Both the position numbers and the translations under genes were made by a program. Shown one piece after another: positions 1 to 7,885 of a DNA stretch of 64,000 nucleotides. Source of the stretch: Chloroflexota bacterium (GTDB lineage Bacteria > Chloroflexota > UBA11872 > VXOZ01); NCBI GenBank assembly GCA_964291655.2, contig OZ219802.1, positions 32,001-96,000 of the forward strand, given 5' to 3'. Below the pieces are notes generated by a model. The model searched no databases and was not told the origin of the DNA. It was given only the letters and a program-made list of their open reading frames with translations. The stretch's first letter is position 1, and each line of letters starts with the position of its first letter.

Positions 1-9
1 AGTGAACGC

Positions 10-2433
10 TTATAGCACGCTCACCGGGTCAACGTCGATCATCCATCCTGGCGGCACGTGAACTAAGAGATCGTGGATGCCCCGTCCGCGCACCATCACG
101 TGCCAGCGGTAGAGCCCGCGTACCCGTTCAGGGAATGCAGGCGCGGGACCCAGAAGCTCAACCGCTAGCCGTTCACGTGCAATGGACTTCTCTAGACATT
201 GTACCAAAGCGATTGCCGATTCTGCGGCCCGTGCGAGGTTGCGGTCCTGATACTGCAGAACTGCCATTTCCAGGCTTGGAGGGAAGGCGCCTGTACGCTC
301 TGCAATGCTCTTGCGGTAGAACCATAGGTAGCGACCAATCTCTAGGGCCCGCAGGGGGAGACTCGCCGGTGTGTACGTCTGGATGAGCATCTCCGCCTGA
401 GCCGTTTCGGCCAAGAAACCGATGCGACGCAGGAGTTGATACGTCCGCTCGGAGGCGCGAAAGTCAGGCAAGTGGAGCGCTGTGTCTGCGGAAACCACGG
501 CATACAGGCCCACAGGTAACGGCTCGAAGAGCACGGCTGCGGTACCGACAAGGATGTCCAGCTTGCCTTCACGCAGCGCCGTGAAAGGGCGTTCCTCCTC
601 CTTGGCATTGATCACGTCACGGTCCCAGCGGGCGACGCGGGCGGCAGGGAAGATTCGCTGTGCTTCGAGTTCGACACTCTGCGATCCGACGCCACGGAAG
701 CGCAGTTGTGTTTCGCATTGCGGACAGTGAGTCGGTATTGGCGATTCTCCGCCGCAATGGTGGCAGCGCATGACGCCACTCGCTCGGTGCTGCACAAGCG
801 GCACGCTGCAGTGCTGGCACTCGATTACATGTCCGCATTTGGGGCAGAGCGCATGGGTTGCGGCGCCGCGCCTATTCTGCAAGAGAACTACCGGCCGGTG
901 TTCTTCAAGCGAACATGCAATGGCATCGCGCAACTCGCGGCTGATGAGCTGTCGGGGCCCCACGTGCCGCGCGGCGCGCATGTCTATGATTCTGGCAGTG
1001 GGAGTGACAGCAGCAGCCCGGGCGAAAAGCGCACGACCGTCCTCAACCTCTGCATAGGTGGTCACACGCGGCGTGTGGGAAAACAGCAGCATTGGCGCGC
1101 GGTGAGTCTCGGCAAGCCAACCGGCGACGGTGACCGCATGGAATCGCGGACTCTCCTGGTTCTTATAGGAGTCGTCATGTTCGCTGTCGACCAGTATCAG
1201 GCCGAGTTTTTGAAAGGGCAGGAAGACTGCTGAGCGAGTCCCAACGACCATTACCGATTCGCCGCGCTGTACACGCTCCCACGCCGTCCGACGGCGGGCT
1301 GCGCCTAATGGCCCGTGCCAAGAAAGGACTCTATCAGGAAAGATGGGATTGAGCTTCTGTACAATCCGCTGCATTGCAAAGCTGTTGGGGGCAAGCAGCA
1401 GCACTTGGGTCCCGGATCCAAGCGCCTGCGCCGCGGCGTGCAGATGGAGTGCCCATGGCGTCGAATCTACTCCTGACGCCGTACCCTCCATCACCACCAT
1501 GGTGTGAGCGTTGTCTGCCGGGAGGGAACTAGACATAAACTCAGATATCTCTGCCCAGGCGTGTTCTTGTTCAGGCGATTCCAGCCTCGGCAGGTCGTGC
1601 GACTGCACATCCCGAGCTTGGACTTGGTACGCCTCCCGAAAACTCACCAGTCCTTTTTCTTCCAGCGCACGTAGCGAGGCGACACCCGTCCCGGTCTCCT
1701 CCAGGAGGGTTCGAACCAAGACTCCTTGTCCATGCGACTCCAATGCTCGCAGCAGTTTCTTTTGCAAACGCGACCGTCGCAAGAGTGGCTCGGCTTCCTT
1801 GGTGGAAGACAGGCTTTCGACCCACTGGTCACGTAGGGACGGCGGCTTGATGGGTTGCAATGCCGACCTCAGGTGCACCGCGCCGAGCTTCTCTAAGCGG
1901 CGCTGCATGCGTGTAAAGACGGACGGCCCAGCCACATGCGTTAGACGCTCATGCTCAACTTCCCCCTCGTTCTGCAATGTCTCGAGGAAGAGGCGCTCGT
2001 TGCGCGTCGTTGCCACATCCTCAGGCAGTGCGACGAGCGGGTCCAATCTCGACCAACGCTTTACACGCCCACGTAGCCCGGGTGGGAGCATCGGCCCAAT
2101 GACTTTCATCGGTGAAGCTAGGTAGTATCGCGCTATCTTGCGTGCTAGCGCGATCTGTGCCGGCGTGAGGAGCGAGCTGTCAGCGACAACATCCATGATT
2201 TCACGGACATCTTCAACTGGGGAAGTTGCAGCGCCGGATACAACTAATCCTTCAATAATTCGTTCGCCGAATCCAACTAACACCATGACGCCGGGGGCAA
2301 TACGATCTCTGAGATGGTCCGGAATGACGTAGTGGTACGTCTTATCGGCAGGGACGTTGAGGACGTCCACAGCGATCTCGGCATACGGGGTTTCAAGGGG
2401 GGTGAGATTCACCCGCGCGGTGAGATTCGACAC
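10..2433 (-). CDS. priA: Primosomal protein N' (PriA) with degenerate helicase/ATPase motifs
   Basis: N-terminal DKTYHYVIP...VLVGFG; VVGTRSAVFLPF; NRRG followed by four CxxC Zn knuckles (CPKC, CQHC, CHHC, CPQC); LPDFRASERTYQ; C-terminal LGPAPA...IDVDP. Confidence 0.93.
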   Translation of the reverse strand: MSNLTARVNLTPLETPYAEIAVDVLNVPADKTYHYVIPDHLRDRIAPGVMVLVGFGERIIEGLVVSGAATSPVEDVREIMDVVADSSLLTPAQIALARKIARYYLASPMKVIGPMLPPGLRGRVKRWSRLDPLVALPEDVATTRNERLFLETLQNEGEVEHERLTHVAGPSVFTRMQRRLEKLGAVHLRSALQPIKPPSLRDQWVESLSSTKEAEPLLRRSRLQKKLLRALESHGQGVLVRTLLEETGTGVASLRALEEKGLVSFREAYQVQARDVQSHDLPRLESPEQEHAWAEISEFMSSSLPADNAHTMVVMEGTASGVDSTPWALHLHAAAQALGSGTQVLLLAPNSFAMQRIVQKLNPIFPDRVLSWHGPLGAARRRTAWERVQRGESVMVVGTRSAVFLPFQKLGLILVDSEHDDSYKNQESPRFHAVTVAGWLAETHRAPMLLFSHTPRVTTYAEVEDGRALFARAAAVTPTARIIDMRAARHVGPRQLISRELRDAIACSLEEHRPVVLLQNRRGAATHALCPKCGHVIECQHCSVPLVQHRASGVMRCHHCGGESPIPTHCPQCETQLRFRGVGSQSVELEAQRIFPAARVARWDRDVINAKEEERPFTALREGKLDILVGTAAVLFEPLPVGLYAVVSADTALHLPDFRASERTYQLLRRIGFLAETAQAEMLIQTYTPASLPLRALEIGRYLWFYRKSIAERTGAFPPSLEMAVLQYQDRNLARAAESAIALVQCLEKSIARERLAVELLGPAPAFPERVRGLYRWHVMVRGRGIHDLLVHVPPGWMIDVDPVSVL

Positions 2434-3050
2434 TTTTCCGCCGTAATTATTGCGCTCACTTGGTTTACGGCCTGGTCAATCTTGCCGGTGTGGTTAGTCA
2501 CGAAATAGTCGAAATTGGGAATCGAGGCAAGTTCGCGGCGCAGCACAGCGTCGCGCCTTGCTCGTTCAGCGGGGGACTCTACGCCTCTACGGACTCTGCG
2601 CTCTTGAAGTGTCTCTAAGGATTGCTCCGGCACGCCGATGAATATGTGAATGCTCTCGGGCATGCGGTGGCGCACGGATGCGGCCCCTTGCACGTCCACC
2701 CGCAAGACAACGTCCTGGCCGCGGTCCAGCGCCGCTATCACCTCATGAAGTGGTGTGCCGTAGCGGTGCCCGTAGACTACTGCGGTTTCCAGAAACTTCC
2801 CTTGGGTCTCCCACTGCGAGAACTCGTCGTACGAGAGAAAATAGTGGTGTGTGCCGTGCACCTCTCCCGGTCGGGGGTCCCGCGTGACAGCGGTAATGAC
2901 GCGATAGAAGGCCACTCCCTTGTCTGCCAGGCCGTCGATAATCGAATCTTTTCCCGCGCCGGAAGGGCCGGAAAGCACGAAGAGATGCGGTCCTGAGTCT
3001 TCCGCAAAAGAAGAAACTGCTTCCGGTCTTGGCTGCTCTTCCGTATCCAC
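2409..3050 (-). CDS. gmk: Guanylate kinase
   Basis: LSGPSGAGKDS P-loop, TRDPRPGEVHG.HHYF, YGHRYGT, DVQGA; probable GTG start at 3050 with GGAG upstream (ORF track extends to 3167). Confidence 0.95.
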   Translation of the reverse strand: MDTEEQPRPEAVSSFAEDSGPHLFVLSGPSGAGKDSIIDGLADKGVAFYRVITAVTRDPRPGEVHGTHHYFLSYDEFSQWETQGKFLETAVVYGHRYGTPLHEVIAALDRGQDVVLRVDVQGAASVRHRMPESIHIFIGVPEQSLETLQERRVRRGVESPAERARRDAVLRRELASIPNFDYFVTNHTGKIDQAVNQVSAIITAEKCRISPRG

Positions 3051-3192
3051 TCTGGCAAACTCCGGCTTGTTGGAAAACCGCTGTGGTGACCAGACTACGT
3101 TACGCAAAAGCTGACGGTCAATTGCGACCGATGGCGGCCTGGTAGCGTGGCGCCGCCAACTGCGCAACTCCTCACGCCAGGAGAGGCATGGA

Positions 3193-4200
3193 TCACGCCT
3201 GTTCCCATGGAGTCAGATTCTGCTCGGTGAATTCAAAGTGGAACAATACGTAGCTCTTGTACCGGCGCGGCGTTATCGTGCCGGTCTCTTGTGCCGAGCG
3301 CACAGCGCAGCCGGGCTCGTCGATATGCACGCAGTCGCGAAAGCGACATTGACCCATCAACGCGCGCACTTCAGGAAAGAGATGGGGCAGGTCTTCAGGT
3401 TCAATACTCCACGACGAAAGTTTGCGCAGCCCCGGCGTATCCATTACGTGCGACTCATCGTCGAGCGCAATCGTCTCGGTGCGCGTCGTGATGTGACGGC
3501 CCTCGCCCTTAGCGCCAACTGCTCCCGTGGGCAACGCGGCGCTCGCAGCAAGGCAATTGATGAGGGATGACTTGCCAACTCCGGATACTCCAGTGAACAC
3601 AGACTGCTTGCCCTGCAATTCCTCACGCAGCGACGCTATCCCGCTGCCGGTGACAACACTCGTTTGGAGGATCTTGTAGCCAATGCGCTCGTAGACTGAT
3701 AACTCTTCAGCTACCTCGCGAGAGATGCCTCGGTCGACCTTGTTGAGCACTAAGCATGCAGGGAGGGTGTGGTACTCGGCAATTACGAGGTAGCGATCCA
3801 GGAGCAAGAAATCGGGAGCGGGCTGAGAAGCTGCGAGCACGATAACGGCCTGATCGATGTTAGCCGCAAGGACATGGGCGCGTTTACTCTCGGGTGCCTG
3901 GCGCAGAAGTCCCCACGTCTCGTCATCATTCCGCAATATTTCTTCGATTACGGCAGTATTCGGGCTAAGCTCCCGAATGCGCACTCTGTCGCCAACGCTA
4001 ACGGGTGAGCGCGTCTGGGTAGGCAAGACGCGTTGCACGCGCGGCGCTCTGCTCTTGCTCGTCGAATAAATGAGCTCTTTACGCAATTTTCCCCGGAGCT
4101 TGCAACTAAACGTGCCGGTCTCAGTTCTAACCCCGTATTCTCCACGCGAGACCCTAATGACCGTGCCTTCCTGGATCCGTGTGCGAGGCAAGGCGCTCAT
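3193..4200 (-). CDS. rsgA: Ribosome small subunit-dependent GTPase A
   Basis: OB fold VGDRV, AANID, LNKVD (G4), GVSGVGKSS (G1), GRHITT, DTPG (G3), CRFRDCVHIDEPGC Zn site; circularly permuted G4-G1-G3 order. Confidence 0.95.
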   Translation of the reverse strand: MSALPRTRIQEGTVIRVSRGEYGVRTETGTFSCKLRGKLRKELIYSTSKSRAPRVQRVLPTQTRSPVSVGDRVRIRELSPNTAVIEEILRNDDETWGLLRQAPESKRAHVLAANIDQAVIVLAASQPAPDFLLLDRYLVIAEYHTLPACLVLNKVDRGISREVAEELSVYERIGYKILQTSVVTGSGIASLREELQGKQSVFTGVSGVGKSSLINCLAASAALPTGAVGAKGEGRHITTRTETIALDDESHVMDTPGLRKLSSWSIEPEDLPHLFPEVRALMGQCRFRDCVHIDEPGCAVRSAQETGTITPRRYKSYVLFHFEFTEQNLTPWEQA

Positions 4201-4347
4201 GTCGTCACGCTGAGCGCGCTTTGAGTCGCACGCACTCTTGCAGCGGTAGGTAAACACAGAGACCGACAACTAATCATAGCTGTCGGTCTTGGCGTAGCCA
4301 TATTTCGCAGCATCCACATGCAGCCATCTCTCTCGGCAGCGATTGAG

Positions 4348-5793
4348 CTATGGGGAAGACGGTGCAGCCGGGGCCTCCGATGGGCTTTCTTCTGCGGGCG
4401 CCTCTTCCGCGTTGGCTTCTACGGTGACTTCCTCGATGGTAACAGTGTCTTTCAAGAAGTCGATTGTCTTGCGCATGCGCAAGTTCATCGCGATGTTGGT
4501 GCGAGATTCGTTGCTAGTCAAGTGCTGTTGCATCTGCTGCAAGCGCGCCTGCACTTCATCCTTCGTAGGCTGTTTCGACGTTACGATCATCCCTGCCTGC
4601 TGCTGCTCTTGCTGAGCGATCTGCATCCGATAATTCGCCATGCTCTGCTCGATTTCGCCTTCAATCTCCTCTGCGGGAACCGCAATGTCTTCCTTACTCG
4701 CAACGGCGTCGAGCGCGATGAAATTTCGGACCATACTCTCTGCCCGATCTTGAATTCGCTGTTTCCAATCTTCCTCCGAAAGGTTGATCATCTGGAGGTA
4801 GTATTCCTTGGGTATGCCGCGCTGTGCGGCTTCGAATGCTTCCCGCTGCTCCAGGCGCTGCGCCTGTTCTTCGATGAGGACGTCCGGCACCTCAAACGTG
4901 GCACTGGTGACGAGTTCCTGGACAAGCGAGTTCTCCGCCTGCTGTTCGGCATCTTGCTCCGCGCGTTCTTCCAGCCGCTTGCGCACATCCGCACGCAGAT
5001 CGTCGATGGATTCGAAATCCCCAGTGGCCTTTGCCAATTCATCGGAGAGACCCAGGAGACGTTTCTGGCTCGTACTTATCACCTTGATCTCGAAGTCGGC
5101 CGACCTGCCGCGTACAGCTTCCACGGCGTAGTCATCCGGCAACAAGAGGATGAAGGAGCGCTCTTGCTCGGCGACCATGCCGATGGCGGCTTCATCGAAC
5201 CCCTCCGGCATGTTGTTTTCGCCAACGATCATCGTGGAGCCGGGCGTGTTGGTGACAACTCGGCCCTCGACGCTGATGCGCAAGTCCAGGTTGACCCGGT
5301 CGCCTCTTTCAACCGGTCGTTCCACGTCGTCCCACTGCACGAACTGCTGCTCAAGGCTCTGCAACACTACTTCAATATCTTCATCGGTTACAAGCCGTTT
5401 TTCCTTGGTAATCTGGATAGCCCGATAGTCACCCGTATCAACTGCGGGCTTCACCGGCACCGTGGCTGCGAAAGACACGGGTTGATCCTTCTCGGCCTGT
5501 AGCAGCTCTAGTTCCGGGTTGCCCACGGGCTGGATTTCCGTCTGGTTGATTGCTTCAGCGTATGCCTCCGGCACGAGGCGATCGAGCGCTTCGCGAAAGA
5601 CCGAATCTGCGCCGGCATGACGCTCGACAAGGGCCTGAGGCGCGCGGCCGCGGCGGAAGCCGGGAATGTTGACTTTGTCGCTAACACGACGCACGGCGCG
5701 CTTGTAGGCCGTCTCGACCTCTTCGAGCGGCACATCCACCGTAAGTTTTACCCGGCTCTTTTCGAGTTTTTCCGACGCTACCGTGATCATCAT
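4348..5793 (-). CDS. tig: Trigger factor
   Basis: Ribosome-binding motif IPGFRRGRAP, FKBP-like middle domain (GDRVNLD...PEGFDE), helical C-terminal domain. Confidence 0.93.
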   Translation of the reverse strand: MMITVASEKLEKSRVKLTVDVPLEEVETAYKRAVRRVSDKVNIPGFRRGRAPQALVERHAGADSVFREALDRLVPEAYAEAINQTEIQPVGNPELELLQAEKDQPVSFAATVPVKPAVDTGDYRAIQITKEKRLVTDEDIEVVLQSLEQQFVQWDDVERPVERGDRVNLDLRISVEGRVVTNTPGSTMIVGENNMPEGFDEAAIGMVAEQERSFILLLPDDYAVEAVRGRSADFEIKVISTSQKRLLGLSDELAKATGDFESIDDLRADVRKRLEERAEQDAEQQAENSLVQELVTSATFEVPDVLIEEQAQRLEQREAFEAAQRGIPKEYYLQMINLSEEDWKQRIQDRAESMVRNFIALDAVASKEDIAVPAEEIEGEIEQSMANYRMQIAQQEQQQAGMIVTSKQPTKDEVQARLQQMQQHLTSNESRTNIAMNLRMRKTIDFLKDTVTIEEVTVEANAEEAPAEESPSEAPAAPSSP

Positions 5794-5878
5794 TGCCGTG
5801 TATGCTCTCCCTTACCTCAACACCACTATTCGTGCAGATGTATTCCGCTTCAGTATTCGCGAATGTCTATGACATAGC

Positions 5879-5915
5879 AAAAAAAGAGGCGCAGCCTTAG
5901 CAGCGCTCTTTTTCT
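5879..5915 (-). terminator. Probable intrinsic terminator downstream of tRNA-Gly
   Basis: Minus strand reads AAAAAGAGCGCTGCTAAGGCTGCGCCTCTTTTTTT: imperfect hairpin followed by a T run. Confidence 0.6.
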
Positions 5916-5945
5916 CTCACGTCGGCGTTCTCGTGACCTGCCGGG

Positions 5946-6017
5946 AGCGGAAGACGGGATTCGAACCCGTGACCCTCTCCTTGGCAAGGAGATGCTCTAC
6001 CTCTGAGCCACTTCCGC
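5946..6017 (-). tRNA. tRNA-Gly (anticodon GCC)
   Basis: Minus strand GCGGAAGTGGCTCAGAGGTAGAGCATCTCCTTGCCAAGGAGAGGGTCACGGGTTCGAATCCCGTCTTCCGCT; acceptor stem GCGGAAG/CTTCCGC, anticodon loop TTGCCAA, GGTTCGAAT T-loop; followed by CCC, not CCA. Confidence 0.96.
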
Positions 6018-6035
6018 AATGCTTGATTCGTCATT

Positions 6036-6064
6036 ATTATAGCGAGTTAGCGAGTTCTTGGCAA
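6036..6064 (-). promoter_or_regulatory. sigma70-type promoter for tRNA-Gly
   Basis: Minus strand TTGCCA-17 nt-TATAAT, about 18 nt upstream of the tRNA 5' end. Confidence 0.8.
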
Positions 6065-6290
6065 GATGCGGGGCATTGAAGGGTCGGAGAGTACACTATG
6101 AGTTCGAGCGCCTTCCGATGCAAGATAGCTGACGCACAATTGCGCAGAGTCCAAGGGTGCGTGAGTTTCCCCTCGCAGTCTTGATGCAAGAGTGGCTGCG
6201 TGTAGGCTGGCTACGGTCGGCAATGAAGCGATCAAGGGTAGTTCACAAGGGATGTGATATGCTAGTCCAATATACTGAAGGAGGCAAGAA

Positions 6291-6743
6291 ATGGCACAGG
6301 ACGACAATAGTGATGCACGTCGGGTAATTGCGCGCGCTTGGCAGGATGCGGGATTCAAAAGTCTATTGCTTCGCGATCCTCGTGCGGCGCTGGAGGACCT
6401 CAACATCGAAGTTCCAGACCACTTGTCCCTCTCGGTCTATGACAATTCCGGCTCCACCCACCACATGGTGATTTGCACGCCGTGCAGTTGCTACCCCTCT
6501 TTCATTGGGGCGGCTCCCGACTACTGGAAGGACCCCGATTACAAGAACGCCATCACACAGAATCCCGCTGCTTGGCTTGAGGGAATGGGCACAAAACTTG
6601 CCCCGGACGAAAACTTGCAGGTGGTAGACACCGACGTGAACAGTCGCGCATTTGTCATACCTAAGCGGCCTGAAGGCAAAATAACCGAGGAAACTACGGC
6701 GCACGTCGTCACTGCTACCAGCCTCGTCGGTCACACACGCTAG
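6291..6743 (+). CDS. Nitrile hydratase alpha-subunit-like protein (short, orphan)
   Basis: ARAWQDAGFKSLLLRDP; metal-binding motif VICTPCSCYP; PDYWKDPDYK; SRAFVIPKRP; strong AGGAGG RBS. Confidence 0.85.
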   Translation: MAQDDNSDARRVIARAWQDAGFKSLLLRDPRAALEDLNIEVPDHLSLSVYDNSGSTHHMVICTPCSCYPSFIGAAPDYWKDPDYKNAITQNPAAWLEGMGTKLAPDENLQVVDTDVNSRAFVIPKRPEGKITEETTAHVVTATSLVGHTR

Positions 6744-6800
6744 CAAGAAGCCCGGGTCAATTCTTGCCTTGAGTAGATACTATTCTGAGAGAATCAAGAG

Positions 6801-7757
6801 ATGAACTTGTGCATCGTTGGGTACGGCAGTATTGCCGAAGTGCATCGCCGGTCGTTTGCGCGGATTCCCGGCGTGCGCGTCGCGGCCGTCGTCGGTAGGC
6901 TCTTAGAACCGACGCGGGCTTTTGCCAAAAAGTGCGAAGCTTCATTTGCTACGGTTGAGTTGGAAGAGGCTCTGGCAAGAGATGACATTGACGCGGTCGT
7001 GGTCACGTCGCCCAGCGCTAAGCACGCGGCGCAGGCGCAGGCCGCCCTTGAGGCTGGCAAACACGTGCTGGTGGAGATTCCCCTTGCGCTTTCACTTCAT
7101 GAATCAGAGATGCTCACCGCTCTGGCAGAGCAGCGCGGCCGCACCCTGATGGTGGCTCATACGATGCGCTTTTGGCCTACCTTGACTGCCGTGCGGCAAC
7201 GCATCGCCGAAGGCGAGTTGCACGTACACAGCCTTTACATACACTATGGGTTCCTACGTCGGGAGAACGTGAATTGGCAGGGGCGGCGGCGCTCGTGGAC
7301 AGACAACTTGCTCTGGCACCATGGTTGCCATGCGGTGGATACGGCACTATGGCTGCTGGGAGAATCAGCCCAGGACATTGCCGGCTTCATGGGCCCGCCG
7401 CACCAAGAGCTAGAAATCCCACTGGATCTGGCAGTGTCGCTCCGCACGCCGCGCGACCAAGTGGTGTCATGTGCGCTCTCCTACAACACGATGCGTTCTC
7501 TCCTCGAAATCTTGGTCATCGGTGAAGAGACGACGCTGATGGTGCGGGATAGCAAACTGGTAGATCCCCATGACCAGATAGTAGCCGCGGGCGGCGAGAA
7601 TGAGGAAGGCAGCGCGGTCTACCTGCAAAATATCGAATTCATCAGCGCGCTTCGCCAAGAGCGGGAACCCATAGTCTCAGGTGAAGCTGTCCTGCCAACC
7701 ATGCGCGCGCTGCAGGCGGTGCAGGATATGAATCCGCAGAATCCGCATCAGCAGTAG
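6801..7757 (+). CDS. Gfo/Idh/MocA family oxidoreductase (LigC-like)
   Basis: IVGYGSIA Rossmann motif, GKHVLVEIPLA, NWQGRRRSWTDNLLWHHGCH resembles LigC-type dehydrogenases. Confidence 0.85.
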   Translation: MNLCIVGYGSIAEVHRRSFARIPGVRVAAVVGRLLEPTRAFAKKCEASFATVELEEALARDDIDAVVVTSPSAKHAAQAQAALEAGKHVLVEIPLALSLHESEMLTALAEQRGRTLMVAHTMRFWPTLTAVRQRIAEGELHVHSLYIHYGFLRRENVNWQGRRRSWTDNLLWHHGCHAVDTALWLLGESAQDIAGFMGPPHQELEIPLDLAVSLRTPRDQVVSCALSYNTMRSLLEILVIGEETTLMVRDSKLVDPHDQIVAAGGENEEGSAVYLQNIEFISALRQEREPIVSGEAVLPTMRALQAVQDMNPQNPHQQ

Positions 7758-7885
7758 GTTTCCCGCCCCGCAAGCGGGCTCGTTGTTGCTGCCGGGAATG
7801 TCATGGTATCGATCATCCACAGGCGCGCTTTCGATTCTGACCACCCCGTCTTTTCGTCCAGTACGGCCTGATGAGGAGGGCATTG

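Noticed and set aside
4318-5502. 394-aa + strand ORF opposite tig, and similar long antisense ORFs over atpD/atpA, the SBP and the R-M gene
   Set aside because: Antisense shadows of well-supported genes in GC-rich DNA; no recognisable motifs
6291-6743. NHLP RiPP precursor
   Set aside because: Keeps the CxxCSC metal motif, has no GG cleavage site or core peptide, and no YcaO, LanM or radical SAM genes nearby
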